Positions 23,711 to 36,753 of a DNA stretch of 64,000 nt are shown one piece after another. Numbering within the stretch: the first letter of the stretch is position 1; each line of letters starts with the position of its first letter. Both the position numbers and the translations under genes were made by a program. The notes beneath the pieces are model-generated. The model had not been told where the DNA came from. It searched no databases and saw only the letters and a list, made by a program, of their open reading frames with translations. Source of the stretch: Lytechinus pictus (taxonomy: Eukaryota); contig NC_087251.1 in NCBI RefSeq assembly GCF_037042905.1, positions 4,776,001-4,840,000 of the forward strand, written 5' to 3'.

Positions 23711-26700
23711 CTGAATGCATCGTCAGAACAAGTACAGTTTCCAAACATGCTTACCTTGTCCTTGACTTTTGACTGGATCAAACAGCGTAACCTGCAACAT
23801 GCATCGGGAGCAAGTGAATGGGACCGTGCAGCTTGGAGTTTTTCAATAGTTAGTAGAGCAACACAACGAAGACTGATCGAGTGGACAAAATCGATCTTTC
23901 CAGTTCACAATTCAATAAAAACCGGGCAAAATAACACAGTTCTGGTTCCCTTATAGTCTGAAGTTGTCGAAAACAGAATTCGGATACCACAATACATGAA
24001 GAAAACGGTAAATTCGAAGAAAAATAGAGACCATGCAGGAAGGTGAATCAGCTATCAGTGTACTGCTGGCTTGCACAGAGCTAGAGAGCGGCTGAGTGAG
24101 TCGATCATCATGTGACGTCATTATTCTCGACTGTATTCGATCGCGTTTTGTCTGTCTGGGGGCGGCTGGGGGCTGAGAAGAGTCTCTAATAATTTCATTT
24201 CTTGCATTTCCACGACATTAATAAGACTTTTTAGTGACATATTTGTGTATAAAAAGACAAGACCTTTCCATTCATATATAACTTGTCTATAATCATCACT
24301 TTCGTTAATTTTCTTTGGATGTATACTTTAACCCCGTACTATATGCCATTTAGCCCCACCTATAGTACGGGGTTAAGCTTAGCCCACTTTCGTTTTACAC
24401 TAGCGATCTTAACCCCGTACTATCGCTCTTAGCACCGCAATTGCTGGGATAACCCTGCTTTTTTGCAGGGCCAAATAATCCCGTACTAAAGGTGTGGTTA
24501 GCCCACTGAGCAAAAATGCTGTGTAAAAAGAAAGTGGGCTAAGCTTAACCCCGTACTATAGGTGGGGCTAAATGGCAATTTAGCCCCACCTATAGTACGG
24601 GGTTAAGGAAATTTTAGCGTGTGTAAAAAGGGTATTTGAGACCGCACCTACGCAAATTCCAATGTTCCCACACTGGGCCTCTGCAAGGTCACACTCACCA
24701 TGTGGTAATCTCTTCAAATTGCCCGCGCCTGTTGTATTGAAAACACTATTCAACCAATCAGAACTCTGGATTTTATGCTGCTCAGAAATTTCAGAAATCT
24801 CGTCTTGCATTTTGGTGGAAAAAGCTGGCTGCTGACCCATCTAAAAGGTGCCACATATCAAGAGTGACATTGTAAAAAAGTATAGAGTTTGAGCTTTCTG
24901 ATGATATAAATAATGTTTGTGCCTAGAACACAAATTTTTGCACAATTTGCAAGAGAAAAAAAGAGGAAAAAAATTCCGTTTGAGGCATCTTTTCATGCCT
25001 AAAATTCACTTATTTATCAAAATATTTTATTAAAAAGAAATAATTAGTATAAAAGAGTAACGTTTACTCTTTCATATGGTACAAAATAATCAATTTTACT
25101 TAAGGAAAAAGTGGTTATTATTCTTTGAGAAACAAAGTCTCACAATTCACGAGATTTTGCAGGGACATGAATTCAGCCACGAGAGGACTTGGATAAATCT
25201 TGCTCATTAACACAGGGGCTTGCAGACTGACTGTTTAATGTCATCATCGAATTAGAAATCGAAGAGGGACCACCGAATTTTAAAACCGAAACTACGTATA
25301 AAACACTAAGAATGGATGATGCAAGGAATAATTGAATTCTAGTCCTGTCAGGCTTAAGGAACCATTGCCATTGTATTAGTTCCATTGATAAAAGACCCCT
25401 CCGAATCTCGTCCACCTCTAGTTGACCCCCTTTCATTTCAAGACCGCCATTAACTTCTAAAATGATGAGATAATTACCTGACACAGCAGATTGTTTGTTA
25501 TCTGAAGGGAAGCTAATAGTCTGGGAGGGGCACATTGAAGTTTATGGTGAAGGGGCACAAGAGGCCCATCCTCTTTAATCCTTGCCTTAAGTCACTTATA
25601 GTATTAAGCCTAATGATAATGGCTTTCTGAGCGCCATATAACGGGCTAGTTTTGACAAAGAGGTGATTCCTTTGAGCATGTCCATGCTTTGAGCGAAGCG
25701 CTTGTAACTTTCCTCTGTGGAAAGCTTTTTATATGTTGCATTTCACGAAAAATTGTTAAGATGACTTTAGCTATTACCTAGTACCGTGTGATACTATTTT
25801 CTACATACTAGATATATGCTTGATTTATTACTACTGATCTGTACTGACATCTAATCAAATTTTACTAAATCTCTTTTTTTTTAATACTCGCAGAGAATAG
25901 AGAGGGTAAAGTTAATACAAAGGCTTGACATTCCGTTAGGAAATTTAGTATGATTGATCAACACAATATAGTTCCAGATCGCCGTTAGAATGTAAATATG
26001 AATGTGACCATTTACTACCATCTACAGAAATTATTGGCTGTTGAGATTCGTTATCTAAGTGAACAAAATAACTAATTGATTTGTATATTCATCATCGTAT
26101 ATTCAGCATCCAATAATCTTTAACATTAATACTTATCATTATGATCATCTTTTTAAAAATTCTAATCAACATGAATAACTAATTACTTTCAAATAACAAA
26201 CCCTAACTAGTATTTTTTGGTAAACCAGAAAAATATGAGAAAAAATTAAAACTCTTAATATCCATATTCCATGCTAAAATTGCTTTGAGGTCTTGAAGAC
26301 GTGTTTCCCCTCCATATCTTTCCTTTGTATAATTATTTTTCCTGTCCGTGCTAAATTGCGATTTGGCACGGACAGTGGATTTATCGCCCTTTAGAAATAA
26401 CCTCTCCGTGTGTTATTGGGGGTTACAGGCCTTTGATCAATCGTAATTACGCAATAATACACGACGATCATTATCATATTTCTATTAGAATAAAAGTTGT
26501 TGACCTCGTCTGCGAGCAAATCGATAACTTTCTAACAATTAAGCGATCTATATCTGCCGATTATATTCCTTATTGGATTAGTTATTTGACAAAACTTAAA
26601 CAAATAGCATTATTAAAATACATGTGCGAATCGATGAAAATCATTCCGGTTTATTCAATTTCTATGCTAAATGTTTCTCTGGCCAATGACCCCATGCGGG

Positions 26701-27039
26701 GACCAGCTAGATGTCAGATAATTGCATGGGGGCAAAAATCAGTTATAATTCCCAGAGCAGACGTAAAGCTTGTAATAACAATTGGTGATTACACTTCCAT
26801 ATTTGTTGGAATGTCTATTCAACTAATTAAAATTGAATAGCATATTGCATCGATTGCACATTATAATTAAGTGACAAGAGACACAACGAAAACATGAAAT
26901 GTTTCAATTCTTTTTTTTTTAGTTTCACTTCTGCTATCCCACTATACCGACATTTTATGCAAAAGTTGATAGTAATATAGCTTCACATTTTTATCAATGT
27001 TTAACAGTGGACATGGTGGAAGAGATGAATTGTGAATAT

Positions 27040-27530
27040 GGGGGCGTCGTGGTCTAGTGGTTAAGACTCTCGTCTTTCAATATGAAGGACGTGGGTTCGA
27101 TTCCAAGCCATGGCGTGTTTTTCTTCAGCAAGAAGTTTACTCACATTGTGCTGCACTCAACCCAGTCGAGGTAAATGGGTTCCGGCAGGAAGTAATTCTT
27201 CAAGAAGCTGTGCGCGCCGGAATCGGTATACTAGCTTAGCCGGGGGTAATATAGGAGCTCCCTGAGCACCTAGCAAGGTGGATACGTGCGCTATACACTC
27301 TAAAAAATGTTGGGCAACATACGGTCCACACAACAATTGGTTAAAACTTTATCCAATTCTGGGTAGTTTTACACCAATAATATGTGCTTTGGGTGAAAAC
27401 TACACAGTATTGGTTGAAAACTACCCAGAGTTGGATAAATTTTTTAACCAATTGTTGTGTGGACCGTATGTTGCCCAACATTTTTTAGAGTGTACAAATC
27501 CTATATTATTATTTTATTGTTATTATTTAT
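27040..27530 (+). mobile_element. tRNA-derived SINE with L2-like tail, interrupted by a MITE
   Basis: Box A TGGTCTAGTGG, box B GGTTCGATTCC; central cactcaacccag..gtaaatgggt domain; tail gcgctata|caaatcc(tat)n resumes after the MITE. Confidence 0.8.
27296..27492. mobile_element. 197-bp CACTCTAAAAAA MITE with TA TSD
   Basis: ~50-bp essentially perfect TIR cactctaaaaaatgttgggcaacatacggtccacacaacaattggttaaaa; TA on both sides. Confidence 0.9.
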
Positions 27531-29879
27531 CGATCACAATCTCATGATTTGCTTTGTAAGGTATGCAAGTTTTGAATATTGGACACATGATGAATACATA
27601 TGATGAATATATATTGCATACTGAGTATACTGTCATATAATATGTATTGTATGCAAACAATAAGCTTAAATTGTATTCTATATATTTTCATGTTATACTG
27701 CCATCAAATATATATCCAACCTAATTTCCAATATGTGGATTCTTGAGCTAGCCTATATAGATGATTTCATGATACCATCATTAGTAAGCAAGCATTGTTT
27801 CTTTCTGCAACTTCATCGCTTAAACGATTTGGCACTGTGGTGGCGACATGGTCATTTAGCAGGAGACAAAAATCTTTGTTGATAGATCGATAAGATAATG
27901 GAAGTAAAGCATATTATCAATTGATGCAAACATGCCATGTTGTACATGGGGTGTGAAAACTGGTGTTTTAAATCGATGACTGTTGTATATAACTCTGACA
28001 TGAAATGACAAGTACTCAAAGAGTTAAGTATTAAAAGTACTCACCCCTCAAAAAATAAATAAATAAATTAAGGTACAAGTTCAGTCAAGACCCTTCGTGA
28101 CTATTATAAATTACCATTAAAATAATTCGAATAGGAGGGACATCTAACGTATTTCAATTAGCAATATAATTTGTTAACCATTGAAGTAGGCCCAAACTTT
28201 AGTAGGGTGGATACTTTTTGTGAAGATTCATAACGATCTGATATATTTTATTACAACACATTATGCTAAATACTGAAAGGTTTAGATGACAAAATTTGCC
28301 TGTAGTGCCGTTCCAATATTTCAATAATGTATGATTAACCTGATCCATTTCTGCTAATGACCCTTTTCTGCGTTATGTCCTCAAGACAAGATAATCAGCC
28401 TGTTTCCTATTTCTAATATCCTGTTTCTGATACATTTGCTCTTTTGTTGGATTGATTCTCCCTAAGAAAAACAATCTAGGAGAACGAGCTAATTAATTAC
28501 CCACGACCCCCGGCAGAGCTATATGTGTAATATTTTCCCCTCGATTCGCGTCATATATATGTTTTTCAGCTGTCGTTCCAATCTCCTTCAAAATTAGTCC
28601 GATTGATTCCTCGCAGCCGACTACTACCAGCTCATCTCTCCTTGACAAGGCTATCACCAATCATTGACCAAACCATTTTTTTCTTCTCTTCCTTTAATAA
28701 CTTCATAATCAGTCTGCAAGAGTCATCATCTACCATCATCTTCATCATGTTATTCATCATCTTCCTGTTTAACTTCTCGCTACCGTTCGTTTCTCGGTTC
28801 TCATTTGCTTGATTGGAAAATGGTGCTTAATGATAGGTTTACGATTTCGAGTTGTGGATTAGGAACTTGGGATTGTGGCGTACGCCTTGTACGGTTCAGA
28901 CCTTCTCTATGGGGTGATGTGTCCCAATGTTCCTCAAGTTGTTCGTATAGGATGGCAGGCTTTGACGCAAATAGCAAGAGCTATTACCAAAGAAACTTGT
29001 CAATTCCCGTAGCTCAATCACCAAATTAATCCATGATGAAATATTAGGCATCGTCAGAACGGCAATCATGATACTTCCTCATATCGCAGCTCATATATCA
29101 ATGATTGGTAGTTAGTCTGCGAATGAGTCTGATGGTAAAATCATGGAGCAACTCCCTTGTAAAATCAACTCTTGAAGAAAAAAAAAGGGAATGAGAAAGA
29201 ATACGTATGGAAAAGATAGGGGGTGTGAGGAAGACATAGGAAGAGAGATGGGAGTGGTTCAATTGATTAATATTAACATTATGAAATAGAGAACAGCCCC
29301 ACTTTGAACAGCAGCTCTTTATTTATCAATATCCACACAAATCAAAATTCAATAAGGTTTTAGTACTGTCGGTTAATTCAAATCAACATTTTCAAATAAT
29401 ATACACAATGTTAGTGTCGATGCAGTTGAGGGTATACACACAAAGGCGCATGCGATGAGATGCATTCGCATTCGACGGATCGGCATCAACATCGTGAACT
29501 CTCTCTTTCTTACATTTTAACTTTTTATTACAAGATTAATCACAGATGCTCCCACTGTGCTTGAAAAAAAAAGAGAAAGAATCTGGAACAATGGATGCTT
29601 CGTAAACTATAACAATTTTTGTTTTCTCGAAAAGAAATATTGTCGATTAATATCATTATTAAATACATAGTTACATGTCATTTTAAAACACTATTTGCTT
29701 ACTTTATAGGATGAATATAAAAAATTATAAAATACCTCTGTTTACGTCTAAGCTGTAATTCAGTAAGTTTTCTTTTATCTAAAATAAAATTTCCATTTAT
29801 TTATTTCCGTTGTAAATCAGAATTTTATTGATAATTTTCACCACCACCATCACGGTCTATTATTCATCACATTCTCCAG

Positions 29880-30130
29880 TATTGGCGCCTCTTCTATCCA
29901 CCCATTAACCCCACCACGATGTCAGCAATAATCTAGTCCATTCTCCCAATATACCCTTTGCCTAATCAGGCGCTAAAAGGGCACCAAGTCAAGATAACTA
30001 TAAATACTTCACGCCATCGAAACTCAACCAGAAGTAACAAGAGAAGTTGACTCCACCGCTAAGGTGACGTCATCATTCTATGACCCCTCGAAGGTCAAGC
30101 CAATTAAAGCACGATCTGCGCGCATGTGCA
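29880..30130 (+). promoter_or_regulatory. Candidate Msxlx proximal promoter
   Basis: ATTGG at 29881, CCAAT at 29946, TATAAATA at 29999-30006 and TGACGTCA (CRE) at 30065-30072, roughly 500-700 bp upstream of the ATG. TSS not determined. Confidence 0.4.
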
Positions 30131-30595
30131 GTACAGGTTGGTGCCGTTTTATGTGTGGTGTTCATTGTAGATGGAAGGTGGTATTATGAGAGAAACTTGT
30201 TTGCGAATTGAATCTTTCTACTTTGATACCAACAAAGTGGGAATGAATTTGTGAATAGACACCACCTATCGCTGCTTTCTCTTCAAAACGTCTGCCCATC
30301 TCGTTACAAATATTGTTTTTTTCATTCGACAAAGTTGAGAGGAAGGTTTTTATAAAGAAAGTCGTAGGGTCGCTGTCACTGACGTATTTACCACTTTTCA
30401 CTGGTTTTTCTTGGGGTATATCTAAAAAGTCAATGAGGGTTTATATTGCTCTCCTTTATGTCTGATGATCATTTTTAACTTGGAGTTCATCGTCTTCACT
30501 CAATGCTGAGAGAATATATGGTCTCTTATATATCCTATCTCTCCTAACTAGCGAAAGTAAAAAGTCAGGATTAGCGAGTCGATTTATTGTTCAGG

Positions 30596-31202
30596 ATGGC
30601 TCTCTTAAACTCGGCTTATTCACTCCAGCAGGGGTTCTACGCCGCCGGGGTCTTCCCGGCGCCACTCTCCAACTATTCGGGCTTTTCTTTAGTCGGGCTA
30701 AGAATGCAGCCACCGTTTGGAGCTCTATCCTCGACTACAATGGGCCAGCTTACGACTTTCCCCGGAGGATCAGCGGCAACGATCGCTGCTGCTGCCTCGT
30801 TCAGCATGGAGAACCTACGCGTGGCGCAAGGTTTGAGACCATTACCTAGCAGTGGTGCTGTCTCTCCGGGCAGCCTTGGCGATAAAAGACCCGGTGTTAC
30901 CGACTTCAGCATAGAAGGTATCTTGGGTAAGAAGGACGGGGATTCGTCGAGCCGTCTAGAAAGTATCAGAGCCAAGCATAAACTAACATTACACAACAAA
31001 AATGGAGTCTCTTTTCAAGAGAAACGTTTCCATTCACCACGAGAATGCATTGATGATAGTCAAGAAGCGACGTCACCCAAACTGATTGATGATGATGAAG
31101 GAGGTTGTCAAGACTCAAAGACAGATAATGATTCTTCAGATAACCCAATGACAAGGTTTTCATGGCTTCAATGTACAAGATATAAACCACCGAGACTTCC
31201 AC
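30596..31202 (+). CDS. Msxlx: Msx-like (Msxlx family) homeobox gene, exon 1
   Basis: ATG at 30596; eh1/Groucho motif TDFSIEGILG; pre-homeodomain motif FSWLQCTRYKPPRLP; CCAC|gtgagt donor (phase 1). Confidence 0.88.
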
Positions 31203-34200
31203 GTGAGTATCATTGTTATCATTTTACAATGTATATTTAAAGGAGAATAATAATTATTTCAAAAAGAAGTTTGCGTGGAATGGATTGGGTTATTTATTGG
31301 GATTGAACTAACTGACTAACCCTATGCACATATTCGCATTGTAAAAAAAATGATTGCAATAGCATATACCAATTCAAAATTTACATTATTTATACACTTT
31401 TAAAGAGGGGATTATTGGCCTTTAACGTGTGCGACATTTGATTTATTTATTCCAAGTTTATACCTATATTAAGATCTGTCGACGCAGTCATGTAAATACA
31501 TGCAGTAAACATGGTTTATCGGAAAACTTGTGTATTAATCTATAACATCATCATAAGCCACCATTTATGTTTGTTAATTTCTAAATTCAGTCATGAAATA
31601 TTATACCTAAACCATGTTGATTAAAAATGAGGGTGCTATGATATCAATACTTCAACAAATAACTCTTTTCAGGTGTTCTGTCAGTCTTGTCAACGTTTTC
31701 TACATCCTGTTTTTCATATATTCATGAGAATATTATTCTTTTAATAAACTCTTTAATTGGTAATACATCATTTAGTTTAATTTCTAGACATTCTTTTTAG
31801 ATTCCTTGACTGTTTTACAAGTCCTCATCATATGAAATGTTACTTGAAGTACACTTGTCTACCACATTTTTCACGATATACATCTATCGGTATTTGTTTC
31901 CAATACATGGTGTTTAATTTATGATGAATTACATACATCATGTACATGGTATATGTCTTTAAGAGAACTTGTGAACGTGTATGTAGACCAAAGATTTATT
32001 TAACTTATGTAAGAATTTAAGACTTATTTAAGAATTTAAGAATACCCAGTATTGATAATTTTGAGAATTGCCCAGTGCAATAAAATAAATATGATTACGT
32101 TAATTACTCAGTAGGTATTCTCATCGCTTATGTTAAATGTATTTATTTTCTATTTTATATACTACAAGCATGGGAGCAAATGGTGGTTTATTGAAAAAAA
32201 ATGACAATTACAATATTAAATGGATGACCAAACTGACCAATGTATTGATAAGATTAATCAAAACCCAATATTAAGTAATCTTGAAATGTCAAATCCTACA
32301 TGTTCTAGTGATAGGCAAAAGCGACAGAGTTTTTATTGAGACAACACGCATTTAGAATTAACAAGAAAAAAAAAACAATTGCAAAATTATATAAATAATT
32401 CCTAATTATGGCAATATTCAATGCGGATGTTAAATGTTTAAATAAAACATTCAGCAACCGTATAACCGTTCAAAATACTAATATCATTAACAAAATTTGA
32501 GTATGAATATTTACCATTGTATACGTGAGCAATTTGAATATGAAATGCTTTAGATTTATTTTTCAATCTCTTATGTTTTTTTTCGTAATTTAAAGCATGT
32601 AATCATTCGGTATATCAATACAACCCAGCACCCTTAAGAGGGTTCGATGTTTGTCCCTTATTTGGAACCTTTAGCATGTTTAGAGGCTCCCCAAAAGGTT
32701 CGAAATTACCTTAAACAACCACTTTTGATAATGTTTCATGCTCTTTTTTAGAGTCGTTTAAAATTCTTGAGCACGTAAAGAACCTTTTTGGGAACCCTTT
32801 TTCTCGAGGGGCTCCAAATACGGGACTAAAGGAATTTAGTTCCTATACCTGTTTTTTGTCTAAGAGTCCAATACGCCACTCGCGTAAAGTCATTATCATT
32901 ATTCCATATCAAAACTACATGTATCCTGATCCAATTCTATTTTTATGAAGAACAATTTTCGAAAAGTATAAAGTAAATATTAAATACGGTACATGTTCTA
33001 TTTTTAAGACATGCAGATATTGCTGGCTGATGTGAAGATCAATAATTATTTAAATAATAATAAAAAATAATAATGGATATCACAAAGTTGATTTGTAATT
33101 ATGTTATTAGTCGATAACCAAGAAACTACTTTAACATGTTCCAACTTCAAAAGATGTGTTTTATCAACGTGAGTTTTTTTTAATGATTTTAATAGCAAAA
33201 GTTGCATTTCAATTATTGTTTCTGATAAAAGAAGAATTTCTATAGATTTTAAGTTGCTTTATTTATAAGAACCATCAAATTACTTTCTTCGGGCCACATT
33301 TTATACCCGCTGTAAACATTTCATCTTTATTAGACTTCATTTGACATTTCCATTGACTTTTAATTAATCATGCTTAAAAACATTTTTTAAAGATTTCACA
33401 AAGTACTAAGTTATAACGTTGCATACTTCACACTAGGCTTTTAAAATATCTGTGTCCATTGATTAATTTGATGTTAACCATTCGTCTCTTTTCGTCACAT
33501 CGGCAAGGATGAAAAGAAAGTAAGAAGTTTACTGACGAGCTTCTACTAATTGATTTTGATGAGAAGCAAGTTTATGGCATTATTTTACAAATTACAGTGT
33601 AAATAAATGTATGTAAAATTGAAATATGCAACTATCATGACTCTGTTTTCTTTGAGCTATATTTATATTTGCAAGATAAAATAACAACAACAATAATAAC
33701 AATACCTTCTTTATAATAGAACAATAATTGTTACGAAATCAAATAGCTGACAAAATGTAGATGAAATAATTTTGTTATATATACTTTGATGTATATGTTT
33801 AAAATCGCTCGTGCAACGACAAGTCTACATCACTATCTACATGCATTATGTTTGATATAATCCAGTCTATCAATCATCTTGAGTACTTAAATAAGTACAA
33901 ACACAATCTTCGATTAAATTGTTTGTTTGTATATCCTGTAGTAACAAAAACAGATATGCTTAATTCTTTGGATATTGTTATTTTGAACGAAAATGACCAT
34001 AAGTGTCAAAATTACGAATATTACAATATCATTTCTCTTCTCAAATCATCAAACAATCTGTCTAAAACCAGAAGAACAAAGAACAAACAAATTTCAAATC
34101 GAATCATATCGTAGTATGTGGCATAATCCTATATACTGCATACATAATATAGCCTATGCTTTGAAACTGCAAATGGTACTATTGCGATATCATTGTAACT

Positions 34201-36583
34201 CTGCTCATTTAATTGATTTGCATGACAAAAATGTCCTTGATTTAAAGCAACTGGCTTTTGTTGGGTATGGACAGGCTATTCTATGCTTCAAATAAACTAC
34301 ATTGGGTCGTCAAGCTTGCTGTTAGACGACCTATGTCAAATGTCTTTTGAAAGGAATTCATGTGGAAGAACCAACAACCGAACGTAAATAGCATAAGTTC
34401 TTCTGAAAAAAGGGAAAAGTTAATGTTTGGTTATGATAACAGAAGAATCATTGCTCATCCATCATGTCTATGGCTGAACTATGTTTTGAAAAAAAATGTC
34501 TGGCGTTTCATTTCTCTCGAAAATGATCGAATGCCAACCTTTGTTTGCGAGTACGTAGGTCCGTTAAATAGAATTTGATAATTTTTCAGAAATTCAGAAC
34601 ATAAATAATAAAACAATTATGGGAATTTTGATTTCAAAAATTGAAAACTATACTTGAGAGGGATTTGTTTATAAAATCTTTATATACATCCATAACCCAT
34701 TGCTGTATAACTTACATTAAACATAAATATCACAATGATGTAGGCTCCAAGATTATTCATACATTCATAATACTATAATAGAAGCTTCATTGGCACGATA
34801 TGTCTACGGATAATTAGAAATACATTTGATATAAAAAATGCATCTCAATTCGAAATGATTTTGCTTCATAATTAATGGTCCCAACATACCTTTAGATATA
34901 TGAAAATGTAGAAAACTTTTATCACTAAAATTTAATTGTTTTGAACGTAAAGTCCAGGTACAATTGAATCTTTAATTTTAATTATGAACATCATTATCAC
35001 ATATGTGTTTGGAGTATAATGTTATATGTCTGTATTTTACTTAAGAAAACTCTTACCAAACCTTAAAACCATAAAGTATCCAATGCTAACTGCATGATCT
35101 AGGCCGACACATCTTAACTTTGAAACATTTTTAAAGTGTTTTAAAGCATGATGACAGATGGAATGTTTGCATCATTTGCATATAGTGAGTGATATTAATT
35201 GCAAAACTGGTAGATTATTCCAAAAATTCACAATTATTTATAATGATCATCTTAATAATCCTGACAAGCAAAACCAGCTATAATTTTAATAAGTTCGTTG
35301 TTAACATACAGGTCAATCAGGACTATCAGGTGAGGTAGTGGCCTTTATTAATCATGCATGAAGCTCAGGCTATTAAATATACTTTGATAAATTATTAAGA
35401 AAAAATGAGGTGATTGTTTTCAGAGTCTTTATAAGATCATTTGTTTCCTACTTTAGAAAAAGGAAAAAGCGTCCCTTGACAACCCAAACATATCGCTGCT
35501 GGCGTGGGGTAGTTTATTTACGTGATGTCTCCTAACTCTCCTTTCATCGTACGTAGACCAAGCCAGTAGACAAGGCGGGGCGCCTCCTCAACCACTCGTA
35601 TAATAATCCATGTTTGTCGTATGTGCACGCGTGCATTCATTAATTGGGACAGCGTGTCTGGTTTGTTTTCTCTTATCACTTGTTACACTAACAATCAACT
35701 AAATTGCCCCTAAAGTTGTGATCATTATCATAGCTTCGGTCAACTTTTCAAATTGGATTGACGTCTCTATTGGCTCTGACAGGAATGATGAGGATTGCTG
35801 AGATTAATGGTGCAAAGTACCGTTTCCTGATTTATAACAAAGATGTTTGTTTGTATTTGTGTATTTAGATCTGCACTTGAAAAAAAAAACAATGATAGTT
35901 TACTTGATATAAATTTAGAATTTATCAATACGTTTGTATATGTATTATGAACTTATTATACACCTCTTTTGATGTTGTTGGCTGATTGTACTAAATAAGT
36001 CAAGTACCCTACCAACATGACCAATAACCATGGAAGCCGAAATATTTCTACAAACAAAGTGCGCGTAAAAACGAATGACTCGATCACACTGTAGGTGCAA
36101 CATTTATCATTGGACATTATTATTTTTTTCATTATGGCTATTAGTATAATTTGATAGCATAACATCTATATGATAATAATACACGAGATTTGTACAGCGC
36201 ATTTTCCACAGATAAATGATTTAAAAAAATCTTTTAGAATACAAATTGTACTTGCCTAATTAAAAATATGCATGAAAGAAAATGCATTTTTGTTAAATTA
36301 ATATTTATCTGCTTCATCTTGTAGATTCATAATCATTTTTTTTTTTGGGGGGGTGGTTGTACTGTCGTTTTATGAGCTTTTCCTACATAACAAGTTAAAC
36401 AAAAATAGTGTTAGGCATATTTGACGATAAAAAAAGTAACCATAACATGAAGATTATCTACTAACCAATACCTATTCATGACATTTTAAAACGCGTAACT
36501 TACGAATTCATCGTGACACTCTGCAAAACTGAAGCTATACCAATATAATTATGTTCGATTCCTTTTCTTTTGAACTGTTGCAG

Positions 36584-36753
36584 GTACAAAGAGAAAGGAC
36601 GGTGCGAAGAAACGTAAACTGGGCCGTAACCCTCGCGTACCTTTCTCACCAACACAAGTAGCTACGCTGGAACAGAAATTTCGCTGTACACACTATCTGA
36701 GCAGTATTGATGTTGCTGAACTGTCAGCTGCCCTTAACCTCTCCGAGAATCGG
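36584..36753 (+). CDS. Msxlx: Msxlx exon 2: homeodomain residues 1-44
   Basis: ttgcag|GT acceptor, CGG|gttagt donor. Translation RTKRKDGAKKRKLGRNPRVPFSPTQVATLEQKFRCTHYLSSIDVAELSAALNLSENR. Not in the ORF track. Confidence 0.92.

Larger units (their letters stand above)
20057..24327. mobile_element. 4.27-kb non-autonomous Kolobok-like DNA transposon
   Basis: TTAA TSD (20053-20056, 24328-24331); TIR AGTATACATCC(G/A)AAGAA; TGACGTCA about 215-220 bp inside each end; no transposase ORF. Confidence 0.85.
20027..24632. mobile_element. TA-flanked CCCTTTTTACAC MITE (20027-20056 + 24332-24632) interrupted at an internal TTAA; related truncated copy at 19840-20024
   Basis: Removing the Kolobok-like insert restores ccctttttacacacgctaaaatttccTTAAccccgtactat, the exact reverse complement of the right end. 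Confidence 0.85.
19757..24843. mobile_element. Outer ~290-bp MITE split by nested insertions (19757-19839 + 24635-24843)
   Basis: TIR tagatgggtcagcagccagctttt / aaaagctggctgctgacccatcta. Confidence 0.75.

Noticed and set aside
25173..26840. 120-aa and 135-aa ORFs as genes
   Set aside because: No recognisable domain and no supporting splice structure.
27041..27113. tRNA-Glu(TTC) gene
   Set aside because: It is a SINE head with poor stems, followed by a SINE body and an L2-like tail.
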